DNA of 63,535 bases, counting the filler. It is 15 parts of 15 records of this genome, joined end to end, with 100 filler letters (N's around TTAATTAATTAA, not from the genome) between each part and the next. Parts side by side here need not be neighbours in the genome. Positions count along the whole stretch, not along the records: positions 34,275 to 37,556 come from SRR7504441_18143; positions 37,657 to 41,236 come from SRR7504441_18179; positions 41,337 to 44,395 come from SRR7504441_18182; positions 44,496 to 47,611 come from SRR7504441_18185; 11 more parts are not named here. One strand, 5' to 3'. The notes below the pieces were generated by a model. The model made no database searches. It saw only the letters and a list, made by a program, of their open reading frames with translations, and was not told the origin of the DNA. Numbering within the stretch: position 1 is the first letter of the stretch; each line of letters begins with the position of its first letter. This document shows positions 37,453 through 47,711 of the stretch, piece after piece. The translations under genes and the position numbers were made by a program.

Positions 37453-37794
37453 AACGGCAGAGGTATGAAAGAGCACGCTTGAGGGGGGCAAATTAGGCCG
37501 CCGGGGCTGATTTGTGAAGCGAAAGCGCACTTGTTATAGCTCATTTTAATCAGAATNNNNNNNNNNNNNNNNNNNNNNNNNNNNNNNNNNNNNNNNNNNN
37601 TTAATTAATTAANNNNNNNNNNNNNNNNNNNNNNNNNNNNNNNNNNNNNNNNNNNNCATTTTTCGCATTAAAACGGATTATACTCCGTGCGCTCTAGACG
37701 CACTCCACATGCGCTCCATGTACTATAGTATATAGTCTATGTAATTAAAATACGTAATTGAACATTAATTAATACAAATATTAATCTTAGATGA

Positions 37795-40700
37795 TCACAT
37801 CTCGAACACCTCATCTTGGCATGCAATTATCAACGCATCCTCAGCCCCATCTGCCACTTGCAATTGATCTATCGTTGCAGTTGCCTCCTCAACAGAAGCC
37901 TCGATCACAGGTTCTAATCTGGTCTCTACGTTAAATTCTGCTGACGCCACCGGCTCCTCACCTACCGGCACTGCTGGCCCCTCTGCGACTGGCGTCGCTA
38001 TTGCTGGAGTTTCCTCAGCTCCCAATTCCTCAGCTGGCGCCCCTGACTCCGGAGCTGATGCTATATGTACTGGCTCCTCCAGGACAGACGCTGCTGGTGC
38101 CTCAGATGCTGTTTGCGTCTGCTCCTCAGCTGCCGACTGCTCGGTTGGTGGCTGAGCTGGTTCGGTGCACTTTTGCTGCATGCTCCGTTTAAGCTGGCTC
38201 ATTTTGCGCGCCTTGAGTTCAACCCGAGCTACGGCCTGCTCAGCTCCACTCTCCGGCTGGTGCTCGTCCAACATTTCCTCGACCATTGCCACCGTCACTC
38301 GCTCCCACTGACCCTGCAACCAACACCGTCAGCAGTATACATAGCTGGCTCCATTTCTACCGTTTCTGGGTCCGACTGAGCTGGCTCTGGCTCCTCACCA
38401 TCAGCACCGTCGCTGCACCATTTGGCTCAAATGGTACACTACGCGGCAGTCAGACCCTTCGTCTGACGACCAGTCATCCAAAGCAGAGCCATTGTCACTA
38501 GACGAGTCCCACTCCTCCGTTGCCTCAGCACGTGGTTGGTGCGTCAGCGGCACCTGGCTCTCATTAGCCTGCCAGCCCAAGCAATCACAGCCAGTCAACT
38601 AGCTCAGGCCTGGCCTGCCATGATTCCTCAAACTGCTGATTGGAGCTCAGTTGGCCCACCGGGTCAGCATCACTGCGTGCCGTCAGCGCACATACGGGCA
38701 CCAATTTCAGGTCGGCTGGTGGCGGGGGCGGCCTTTCGGTCGGCCGGACCTGCAGAGGGGCTGTGCGGCCGGACCAGGCTACCGAGGCACCAGATGGAAC
38801 TCGGAGTCCGGGTCTAGGCTAAGACTCGAATGGAATGCCACCCGACATTGAAAGCCATGGCCGTGTATCCCTCGCTGAAGGCTTGAGAGCAGCACACGGT
38901 ACGATGGAGGCGCCACATCGCCTGCGGCATAGCTGAGCAAGCACTGGCACAGCAGGGCTAGCCGACCGGTGGCGTCAACCAGACAGCTAACAAAGGCTGA
39001 GCTGAGAGGCCCTCCGGGACTCTGGTAGCCATGCGAGCCGGCAGACCCCGGCTGGCTGGCGTCCTCCACGGAGAAGACCTACCCAAGCATCTACCCAGCC
39101 CGGCAGCCCATCCGGCACCTGCACGTCAGCGAGCACTGTGGGGCTCTTGCGTGACCTGCTCGCACGCAGCCCGAGTTGGCCACCCCGGAACTTTGAGCTC
39201 TTCGGCCCGTCCAGCCAGGTGATTGGCAGTCCCAGTCCATCGCCCCCGCCGTGTGGGGTGTCAATTACCTGGCAGGCTCAGCCCGTCGGAGGATGACATA
39301 CCGCAGTCAGCCGGGAGCCCTCCGGCAACTGCTCAAACACCTCGACCAGCTCAGCCTCGCGCACCGGCCCGGACTTGTCAAAGTCACACGGGGCCTGCTC
39401 GCGGTAGGCCAGCGCCGTTAGGCCAGCTGCACCAGACCCTCTTCTAACGCGCCGTCTGGGCCCTTGAGCTGAGTTGAATGCCCGGAGAAGTGCAAGAATA
39501 ACACGTCCCCGGGCCGGACATCGCTCACTAGCCACCGCAGCGCGGCCAGGATATTGGCGCTGGGCCGGGAGTGAGCTGAGCCAATGCAGAGGCACCGGGT
39601 GGGCTGGCAAGAGGGCGTGCCCCGGTTGCACTTGCTGCCTTCGACTAGCAAAATCTGTCTCCCGCTCAGCAGGCCGAGCGAATCGATTTGGCTGCCTGCA
39701 TGCCACCGGAGCAGTCCATCCCAGCCATCTGCACGGCCTGGCCTTGCCATCACCGCCCCTAGTGCAGTGCTTCACGAATTACCTGGTGGACCACAGCCAC
39801 GTCCCGCGCCGGGCTCGTTAGCCCCGCCGGGCTCACAAAGTACCGGCAGCCCACTAGCACCGACTTGTGCCGCCCCTGCACCGTACGGCATGGCAGCGCT
39901 TCCACCCTGCTCCCCAACTCCTGCTCTCCTGTCAGCTCCTGTCTAGTGCTCTCTAGGAGGCCTGTGCTGCAAGGATCGAGTCTATGGCACGCTCAAAGCT
40001 GTTGTAGTGCAGTCTCAGCGCGGCCTCGGCCTCCGCTGGGCAGGTTTCCGGGAGCACCTGGGACTGGCTGGGCCGGGCACACACCCGAGGGCGTACCGCC
40101 AGGATCTCCTGCACGAGCGAGGCCGTGTTGACCATCTGGGGCGAGGCAGGAGACCGGTCCGAGTTTGAGGCTGGGGAGTTGGGCACGCTGGAGCTCGGGG
40201 TCTCGGCCTCCTCATAGCTTGGGGGCTGCTCATAGGGCACCGCCACCGGCTGGTAGGCCGGGAGTCCGTCCAACGGCGGGCTGGTATACACCGGGGCTTG
40301 CCGCTGCGGAAGCAGGCAACGGCTGCCGTCAAAGTCTAGCGCTAACAGCCTCACAAACACGTCACCTGCAGATTGTTACATCCGACCAGGCCAGGCCGAG
40401 CACACCACAGGAGCTCCCGTCAACGGAGCCAAGCGGCAGCCAGAGCTAGCCCCCCATACATTTAGCTCGCGCGACCGATCAACAGCCTACCGCTGTCTCC
40501 TCCCCCTTGCGCAGCCCAGAGAGTCGAATCTCGGTCTGTGGCGGGTTATTGGTGCAAGGCTCGGCGGGCTGCCTGGCCAATCGTGACGTTTGGGGAGAAT
40601 CGATGGTATTCCACGAGCTGCAGACTAGTAATAAGCACCAGACCAGCAGCAGCATTAACTTCCAGCGAGACGGGCGAGAGTTTGCGGTGGGCTGGGTTCG

Positions 40701-41131
40701 GGATCCCGATCGTGAAAGTCTCCATCCAGACCTGCGTCCACTTGCTGGAGCCAGCTAGATACGCAGCGCGCAGCAGCCAGAGCTCGGAATGACAAGATTT
40801 TGCGGCGGACTAGGCGAGACGGATAGGGCACTAGACAATTGCACCAGCCACCGCTCTGGCGCACCGGGTCTCGCGAGTTGGGTACCCGGGTGGTCTTGTA
40901 CTTTCGTAGTACCCGATGGCTCTCCACACCAAGAACCTGCTCCTCGCTGCCCAGTGGACCCAGCAGCACAGAACCTGCTTATGCGAACAGACCTTGACCT
41001 TGGCGTCTGCCGCCCAAGTTAGGGGTGGTCGGTGCGGGCAGCGCGAGGGGGTTACAGAGGTCTGTGCTGCCGTCCTCCTCGCATCCGGTCAGGTTCCGGG
41101 CTTGGACCACCGTCACCTGAAGCCGCGGCAT
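37795..41131 (-). CDS. C2 domain - UBA/CUE-like - metacaspase-like (catalytic Cys lost) protein with acidic tail
   Basis: LQVTVVQARNL..KTTRVPNSRDPVW.ETF (C2); AEAALRLHYNSFERAIDSIL (UBA-like); GRHKSVLVG, NILAALRWLVSDVRPGDVLFLHFSGH, LPEGSRLTAVIDTPH (peptidase C14). Single-gene continuity was inferred through several introns. Confidence 0.65.
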
Positions 41132-41335
41132 CCTCCTGTACCCTCTATATTCAACTCGGTCGCGCCCCACCCGACTCACGAGGGCCGCCTCACAGAACCA
41201 GTTAGTTGTTCTTCGTGCTGGGAAGGACCGAAGTCGNNNNNNNNNNNNNNNNNNNNNNNNNNNNNNNNNNNNNNNNNNNNTTAATTAATTAANNNNNNNN
41301 NNNNNNNNNNNNNNNNNNNNNNNNNNNNNNNNNNN

Positions 41336-42128
41336 NTGCAGTGCGCCAGGTTGTGGCTGATGCTCGGCGGGCTGTGCTCGGCGGCCTGCATTCCACGATT
41401 CCCGTTCGTGGACCAGGACGGGGCCCAGGTCTCCCGCCAGGAGGAGGAGACCGGGCGCGGCTGCCGGCACTGGCCGTTCCGGGCGGCGGCGGCTTGGGCG
41501 CTCGAGCACGTGTCAGAGGCCTGCGCGGCCCGCCCGTGCCACAGGTGCTCGGGCAAGCCGCTGCACGCGCTCGTGGGCGGACTGGAGCAGGCACTTTACG
41601 CTGCGCGCAACATCGGGCAGGCCGACCCGGCGAGCGCAGAGGGTGTGGGGGCGGTGGAGCAGCAGCTGACCGGGCTGCAGCGCCGGCTGGCCGGGGGCGA
41701 GCAGTTGGACCTGGCTGGCTAGCCTGCAGGCGCTGGGCGAGCCTGGGCCAATGGTGGTCCAGAACAAATTCGACCTGTACCACCGGGGCGAGCAGGTGGC
41801 GCTGAAGCCGGCGGATGTGCCGCGCCAGATGAGCCAGCTCGGGGTGCTGATGGACTGCTACTCGCCGCTATCCGGCTGGCCGTACGCGGCTGCGCCTGTC
41901 AAGGACCCGCATGTGAAGGCGGTGGCTGATGAGCTAGGCTCGCAGCCAGGCACAGTGCTGGTGCGCTGGTTGCTCGAGCAGGGGATGGGCGTGATTGTGT
42001 CCAGCTCGAGCAGACGGCACCTGGACGAAGCCGTCGCCGCGCTGCAGCTGCGGCTGGCCAGCGAGCACGTGGAGCACCTGCAGGCTGGGATCAAGTCGCT
42101 GCTCCGCTCGCCGCTCAATGCTTCCTAG
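41336..42128 (+). CDS. Aldo/keto reductase-like protein, 5' truncated
   Basis: VVQNKF, YSPLSG, DPHVKAVADELG..PGTVLVRWLLEQGMGVI.SSS..HL. Confidence 0.65.
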
Positions 42129-42491
42129 TCAACTGGAATCAGAGCGAAGTGCTAAGCTTATTTACAGAGCCGCAAAGCGTGATAAGTCTAACCGACTCTA
42201 ACAAGTGTGCTTGGTCTAAATGACGAAGATTATCTCAAGTCTTGAAGTGCAGAAGTCACACCATCTAAGCGCGAGAGATTCTTAGGATTCATTGACAAGA
42301 CGAAATCATTGTCATAATGATGTAGAATCGCTCACATTCCAAGTAAATTGTTGAGCTGGTTCGCTGCAGTTGGTGCAGTTCAGCAGTTGGTCACGAGCTC
42401 AGTACTGTCATAACGTCGTCTGGGTCTCACTTGTTGACCGGTCAACAAGTCAGGGCCGGTTTTCCTGCGGCGCCCAGTCCAGATCTCCGCT

Positions 42492-44395
42492 ATGGCGGCC
42501 ACAGAAGAAGACCTGGAGCGGACCAAGCGCACCGAGAGCCTGGACCAGCTCTTCAGCAACTCCGAGTACAAGGCCAAGCAGGCCCTGATCGACAGGCACC
42601 TAGCTAGGGTCACCGCCGGCTCGCTGGTGGGGTACGCCGTCCTGGTCGCCGGCGCGTTCGCCCTCTCCCAAGGGAACCGCCGACTGCTCCCACAGACCGA
42701 GCGGGTGGCCGCGGCCGCGGCGTGCGGCGCATGCTTTGCGGCGGCCCTTTCGGGGCTGATCCGGCTCGGGCTCCAATCGACTCAGATGGGATCCACCTGG
42801 GTTCAGGTTGCGGTCACCTGCGTCCACGGAGTGGCCGCCTGCACCAACCTGATGCTCTGGATGCTCCCAATGCCGGTGGTGAACAACCCGTTCACCGGCT
42901 GCCAAGTCTACATCCTCCGCTGGTGCGAGTGGACCATGTGCGTGCCTCCTAGGGTTAAAACCACCGGGCTAGACTCACCGGGCCGGCCAGCCTCTCCTTC
43001 CTGATGCAATTCCTGATCGAGAGCGTCCAGCTGCCCGAGCGCTACTCGCTCCGTGGGGCACTTGAGTGGGCTGGCGTCATGTGCGGGAGCACGGTGTGCG
43101 GGCTCTTCTTCCCGTTCCTGCCAAACTGGACAAGCTTCATTGTGGTCCTCTCCATCTCCTGCTGGCTCTACCTGCTCATGTTCCCGCGGCTGGCCCGGCT
43201 CAGGATGGAGGTCCACCGAGGGAACGACCGGCGGCTGCAGGTAGCGTACCGGCTGCAGCTCACCTGCGCTTTCACTTGGAGCCTGTTCGTGATCAACTGG
43301 TTTGGGCAGTGGCTAATGCAAGCCATGAGCCCCGGCGAATACTTCCACTGGCCCTTCCTGTCGGAGGCCTTGATCGACGTCTGCGCCAAGGTGCTGTATG
43401 CCAGCGCGATCGAAGGTTTGGATCGCGAGACGCACCAGAATGAGCGGGAGGCACACCAGACCAACATCCAGGGATTGATGACGTCGATCTGGACTCTCTG
43501 TGGGGACATCTTCGTCGTGGCCCATGAGCGCGAGCGGGAGCACAGCCCAATGACCATCTCGCCCGCGGTTAAGCCGATGCTCGGCTGCTCTGAGTGTCTT
43601 GAGTGCGACAACGACTGGCTTGGGTGCACTTGCAACACTGCGCGTGGGCTGGCTTCAAGCGGGTTACTCTCCGTGTACAAGTCGCTGTGGGCCAATGCCG
43701 ACCATGTGTACCGGATGTCGGAGCACATCCTCAAGCACGTCAAAGGGCACAATGTGCACACCGAGATTGGGGCGGCCAAGCATGAGACGCACGGAGGCAC
43801 ATGGATGGTTGCAGTGGTGAGAGATATTACTGACAGAGTGCAAAGGGCCGAGGTAGAGAAAAAGCTCGAGCTAACGGATCTGACCCGTACCAAGGATCTC
43901 GAGGCGGCCCGATTTGCTCGACATGAGATCAAAAACGGTGTGCTGCTTACTCGTGCGCGCAGGCTCACAGTTTGGTGTAGGCATCATCAATTCGATGAGT
44001 GTGCTGCAAGGCGTGCAGGAAATGGTGAGTGAAGGCATTTCGGACAACATGTTTGTTTCGCGCGAGTACGCCATGAATCTGGTTACCCACTGTAGGAACA
44101 CCAAAGAAGAGCTCGAGGACACCCTCAGCTCGGTACTCTGCGATGCGGCAGCGAGAGACCTTATCCATGACAATTACAACCCTCGGCGGGAGCCTCTATT
44201 TCTGCCGGACTTTCTCAAGAACATGTACAGCGGGCCGCAGTTTGTGTACGAGTTTGTGCCCCAGAACTTCCCGGTGCTGGCTTTGGACAAGTTCCTGATC
44301 AAGATTGCTGTGGCCAATGCCGTCTCAAACGGAGTCAAGTACGGCAAGCCAAACGGCAAGATTCGTATCCGAGCAGTGCACGAGCAGAAGGAGCT
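42492..44395 (+). CDS. Microbial (type-1) rhodopsin - PAS - histidine kinase, 3' truncated
   Basis: Eight hydrophobic segments; helix C YILRWCEWTILSFLM (intron 42938-42990), helix F WSLFVINW, helix G IDVCAKVLY; PAC end VAVVRDITDR; H-box RFARHEIKNG (intron 43938-43980); N-box ANAVSNGVKYG. Confidence 0.85.
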
Positions 44396-44495
44396 NNNNN
44401 NNNNNNNNNNNNNNNNNNNNNNNNNNNNNNNNNNNNNNNTTAATTAATTAANNNNNNNNNNNNNNNNNNNNNNNNNNNNNNNNNNNNNNNNNNNN

Positions 44496-45913
44496 GAGCT
44501 CGCTGAAAAGTCGACTTGGTGATCAATAAACGGAGATCGGTCCGTCTCCAGCTCGGAAGGAGTCGCGAGCTCGCCCGTCGAATGCAGAAACAGCGCATTC
44601 CAGCGGCCTGCCTCCGGTGGCCAGCTGCCATCTGAGGTGGACCTCCACTGATCAGGCCCCATGAGAAAGTAGTGCAAGGGCGGCTCCGACTCGGGAAGCA
44701 GGCTGCAGTCGTCCTTGAGCTTGCAATCCATGAACCTCTTCACGTCATGGAACAGCTCGTACTGCGGCACGGTCGATGCGGAGGATGGGGTGGCGCAGGA
44801 CCGGGCGCCGTGGCTCCAAGGCCCAAACGTGAGCTTGCTCTGGCCTGGCGGGAGCGACTGGTGGACCCTAAGCGCAGAACGAATCGAACCCGAGTCGAAA
44901 TAGCCTGCCACCGAGTACACGCTGACCTGGTGCTCCTTGAGCCCAAGATATGTGGCTTCAGTGATCCCGAGGTCTCCCATCGTGACGTTCGCTTCCGAGG
45001 TTTGAACAATAACGTCATCTTTGCACACAATGTTTGGATCACGCAGGGTGGATGCCATATCGAAGTTGTCTCGGTGCTCGGCGATGGCCTGCTCGAGCAG
45101 AGGCTCGTGCCCTTCGATTCCGTAAACCCCGTCCAGCAGCCAGCTGGAGACAAGCTTGAACAGCCAGGGCAGCTCGTTGTCTACATCACTCACAGGCATG
45201 TTCCGTTCGCTTGCCGCGGTGAATTTGCCATACATATCGACAAAGCCGTTGCAGAACACCCCTCCAGGAGCCACCAGGTCCTCATACAGGTCGCCGGGCG
45301 CAAACAGCAACACGGCCGCCTGGACACCTCCTCGTGCGGCCATCAGCGCCCCGGCGATTCCATCATACGAGATCCCGCCAGTCCCAATCCGTCCGTTGCA
45401 AAAGCTCTGTTGGGCCACCCATTGGCGGATCTCCGCGTAGTCTTCCACCTCCCTCTCCACGAGGTCGACGGGCCGGGAGCCGAACGAGGCTCCCGTCCCG
45501 CGCACATCCACAGAGACGAACGCATACCCGGCGGGCACGAATAGCTTGAGGTAGTGCAACGAGCGCATTGGGAAGCTGGCCGAGGGCGAGTCCCCGAATA
45601 GCGGAATATAACGGCTGAACCAGCTCCGCTTCTCGCTCCTGTGGTATCGGGTGAGGTGAAGGAAGGTGGGCAGCGGCGGGTCGTCGGGCGAGTGTCCCGC
45701 CGGCAGGTAAATGTCCACCGCGAGCCGGACGCCATCGCTCATCGTCACGTACTGAGAGCTGCGCTGGGCCGGGGGCGCCGGCGGGGCCGGATGCACCGAG
45801 AAGAAGTTGGCGTCGGTGCAGCGCTCGTCCGGAAGGATCCGCTTGACCCCCAAGGCCACAATCACCGCCACCAAGACCCCGAGCCCGGCGGCTGTGCAGT
45901 AGCCGCGTGCCAT
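44496..45913 (-). CDS. CocE/NonD family hydrolase (peptidase S15), 3' truncated
   Basis: YVTMSDGVRLAVDIYLP, TRY, VDVRGTGASFG, GRIGTGGISYDG, GPWSHG. Confidence 0.9.
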
Positions 45914-46003
45914 CCCAGTGCGTTGGACAACCTGACAGCGGTGGTCTCCGGGACTGTGGGCCACCTCTTCGGGCCGTGCCGACGGTCGCAGCAACGGCAT
46001 TCG

Positions 46004-47611
46004 ATGGTGGGCCGAGCTCTCGTAGTTGGCTTGGCGGGGCTGCTCCAGCTCTCGAGTTGCCTGGACAACGGGCTCGGGCTCACGCCCCCGATGGCCTGGT
46101 CCAGCTGGAACTGCTTCGCCCTCGGGGCCAACGAGTCTGGCGTGCTGGCCAACGCCAGAGCTCTGATCAGCTCCGGCCTGGCCGGCGTGGGTTATCAGTA
46201 CGTCAACATCGACGCTGGGTACCTGGCCGGGCGGGACAGCGCAGGCAAGCTGGTGGTGAATGCCGGGCGGTACCCCTCGGGGATCAACAACCTGTCCGAC
46301 TCGCTGCACGCGATGAAGCTCAAGCTGGGCGTGTACACCGACCTGTCGGGGCACACCTGTGGCAACGGGCCCGGGACGGGCTCCAAGGGGCACTACGAGC
46401 TGGACGCCCAGACCTTCGCCGGCTGGGGGGCCGATTATCTGAAAGTTGACTTCTGTGGGGCCGGCAACGCCAGCCTGGACCCGCGGGACATTAGCCCAGA
46501 CCCGGCGGTGCAGTACGCCGCGTGGTCGCAGCTCCGGGACGCGATCAACAAGACCGGGCGTCCGATCTACTTCTCGATCTGCCCGCATACCAAGGGCGAC
46601 GGCTGGGCGAGCAACAAGCAGTGGCCGCTGTGGTACGCGCCGCCAGCCGCATGGTCAACCGAGCAGCGGCATGCGCTGGCCAACTCGCTGCTCGTGGAGT
46701 ATTCAAACACAGCCGACACCTGGCTGGGCGGGCCGGAGGGCGGCGTGATGTCCAACCTGGACTCGATGCTCCACGCCACCAAGCTCGAGTACTCGGTCCC
46801 TGGATCTTGGAACGACGCTGACATGCTACAAGTCTGTAACTACGGCAAGGGCAAGACCCCGGGCGATGGGATGACCCTCAGCGAGTACCGGGCCCACTAC
46901 AGTGCCTGGGCGATACTGGCCTCCCCGCTGATCCTCGGGGTGGACCTGACCACGCTAGCAGCTGATCACCCGGAGTGCCTGGAGATGCTGCTCAACAAGC
47001 AGATAGTGGCTGTGAATCAAGATCCGCTGGGCGCCCCGGGCCGACTGGTGTGGCAGACTCCGCCGATGAGCCCGAGCTTGACCTCTGTGGAGATCACGGC
47101 TCAGGTCTTAGCACGGCCACTCTCGAACGATCGGTTGGCGGTGTTGCTGCTCAATAGAGGCAGCCAGGCGAGCAATCTGACAGTTACGTGGTCCGAGCTT
47201 GGGCTGCCTGCCGGCACCCGGAACGTGTATGACGTGATTGCACAGAAGGCTGCAGGCGTTGCATCTGGCAGCTTCACAGCGCTGGTTGATTCGCACGATG
47301 TAAGCTTCATTATTTTGAGTGGGTTGTGCCAAGCGCCCACGCCACTGGCAAAGGAGGCGCCGAATGTGATGCTGATCGGCGACAGCATTTCGATGGGGCC
47401 GACTGGCTACTCGCTCTTTGTGCAGGATATCCTGCAGACTGCCACAGATGGCGCGCTCGTCGGCTCGCTGCAGCACGGCGGAGGATTCGACTGGGCTGGC
47501 CAGATGGCCTCGTCTACCAACGGAGCATCCAAAGTGGTGGCGTGTATGGGTAACTGCTCCGGGCAGCTGCCAAGCAAGGCTTGGTCCGTGGTGACGTACA
47601 ATGCCGGGCTG
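46004..47611 (+). CDS. Secreted alpha-galactosidase (GH27) with C-terminal SGNH/GDSL esterase domain, 3' truncated
   Basis: LDNGLGLTPPMAWSSWN, YVNID, WGADYLKVDFC, WNDADML, AVNQDPLG; then VMLIGDSIS...YNAGL (SGNH blocks I and III). Confidence 0.9.
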
Positions 47612-47711
47612 NNNNNNNNNNNNNNNNNNNNNNNNNNNNNNNNNNNNNNNNNNNNTTAATTAATTAANNNNNNNNNNNNNNNNNNNNNNNNNNNNNNNNN
47701 NNNNNNNNNNN

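Noticed and set aside
45641-46588. Apparent long overlap of the CocE (714 aa) and GH27 (672 aa) ORFs
   Set aside because: The extensions are antisense shadow frames in GC-rich DNA. Signal or anchor peptides place the real starts at 45913 and 46004.
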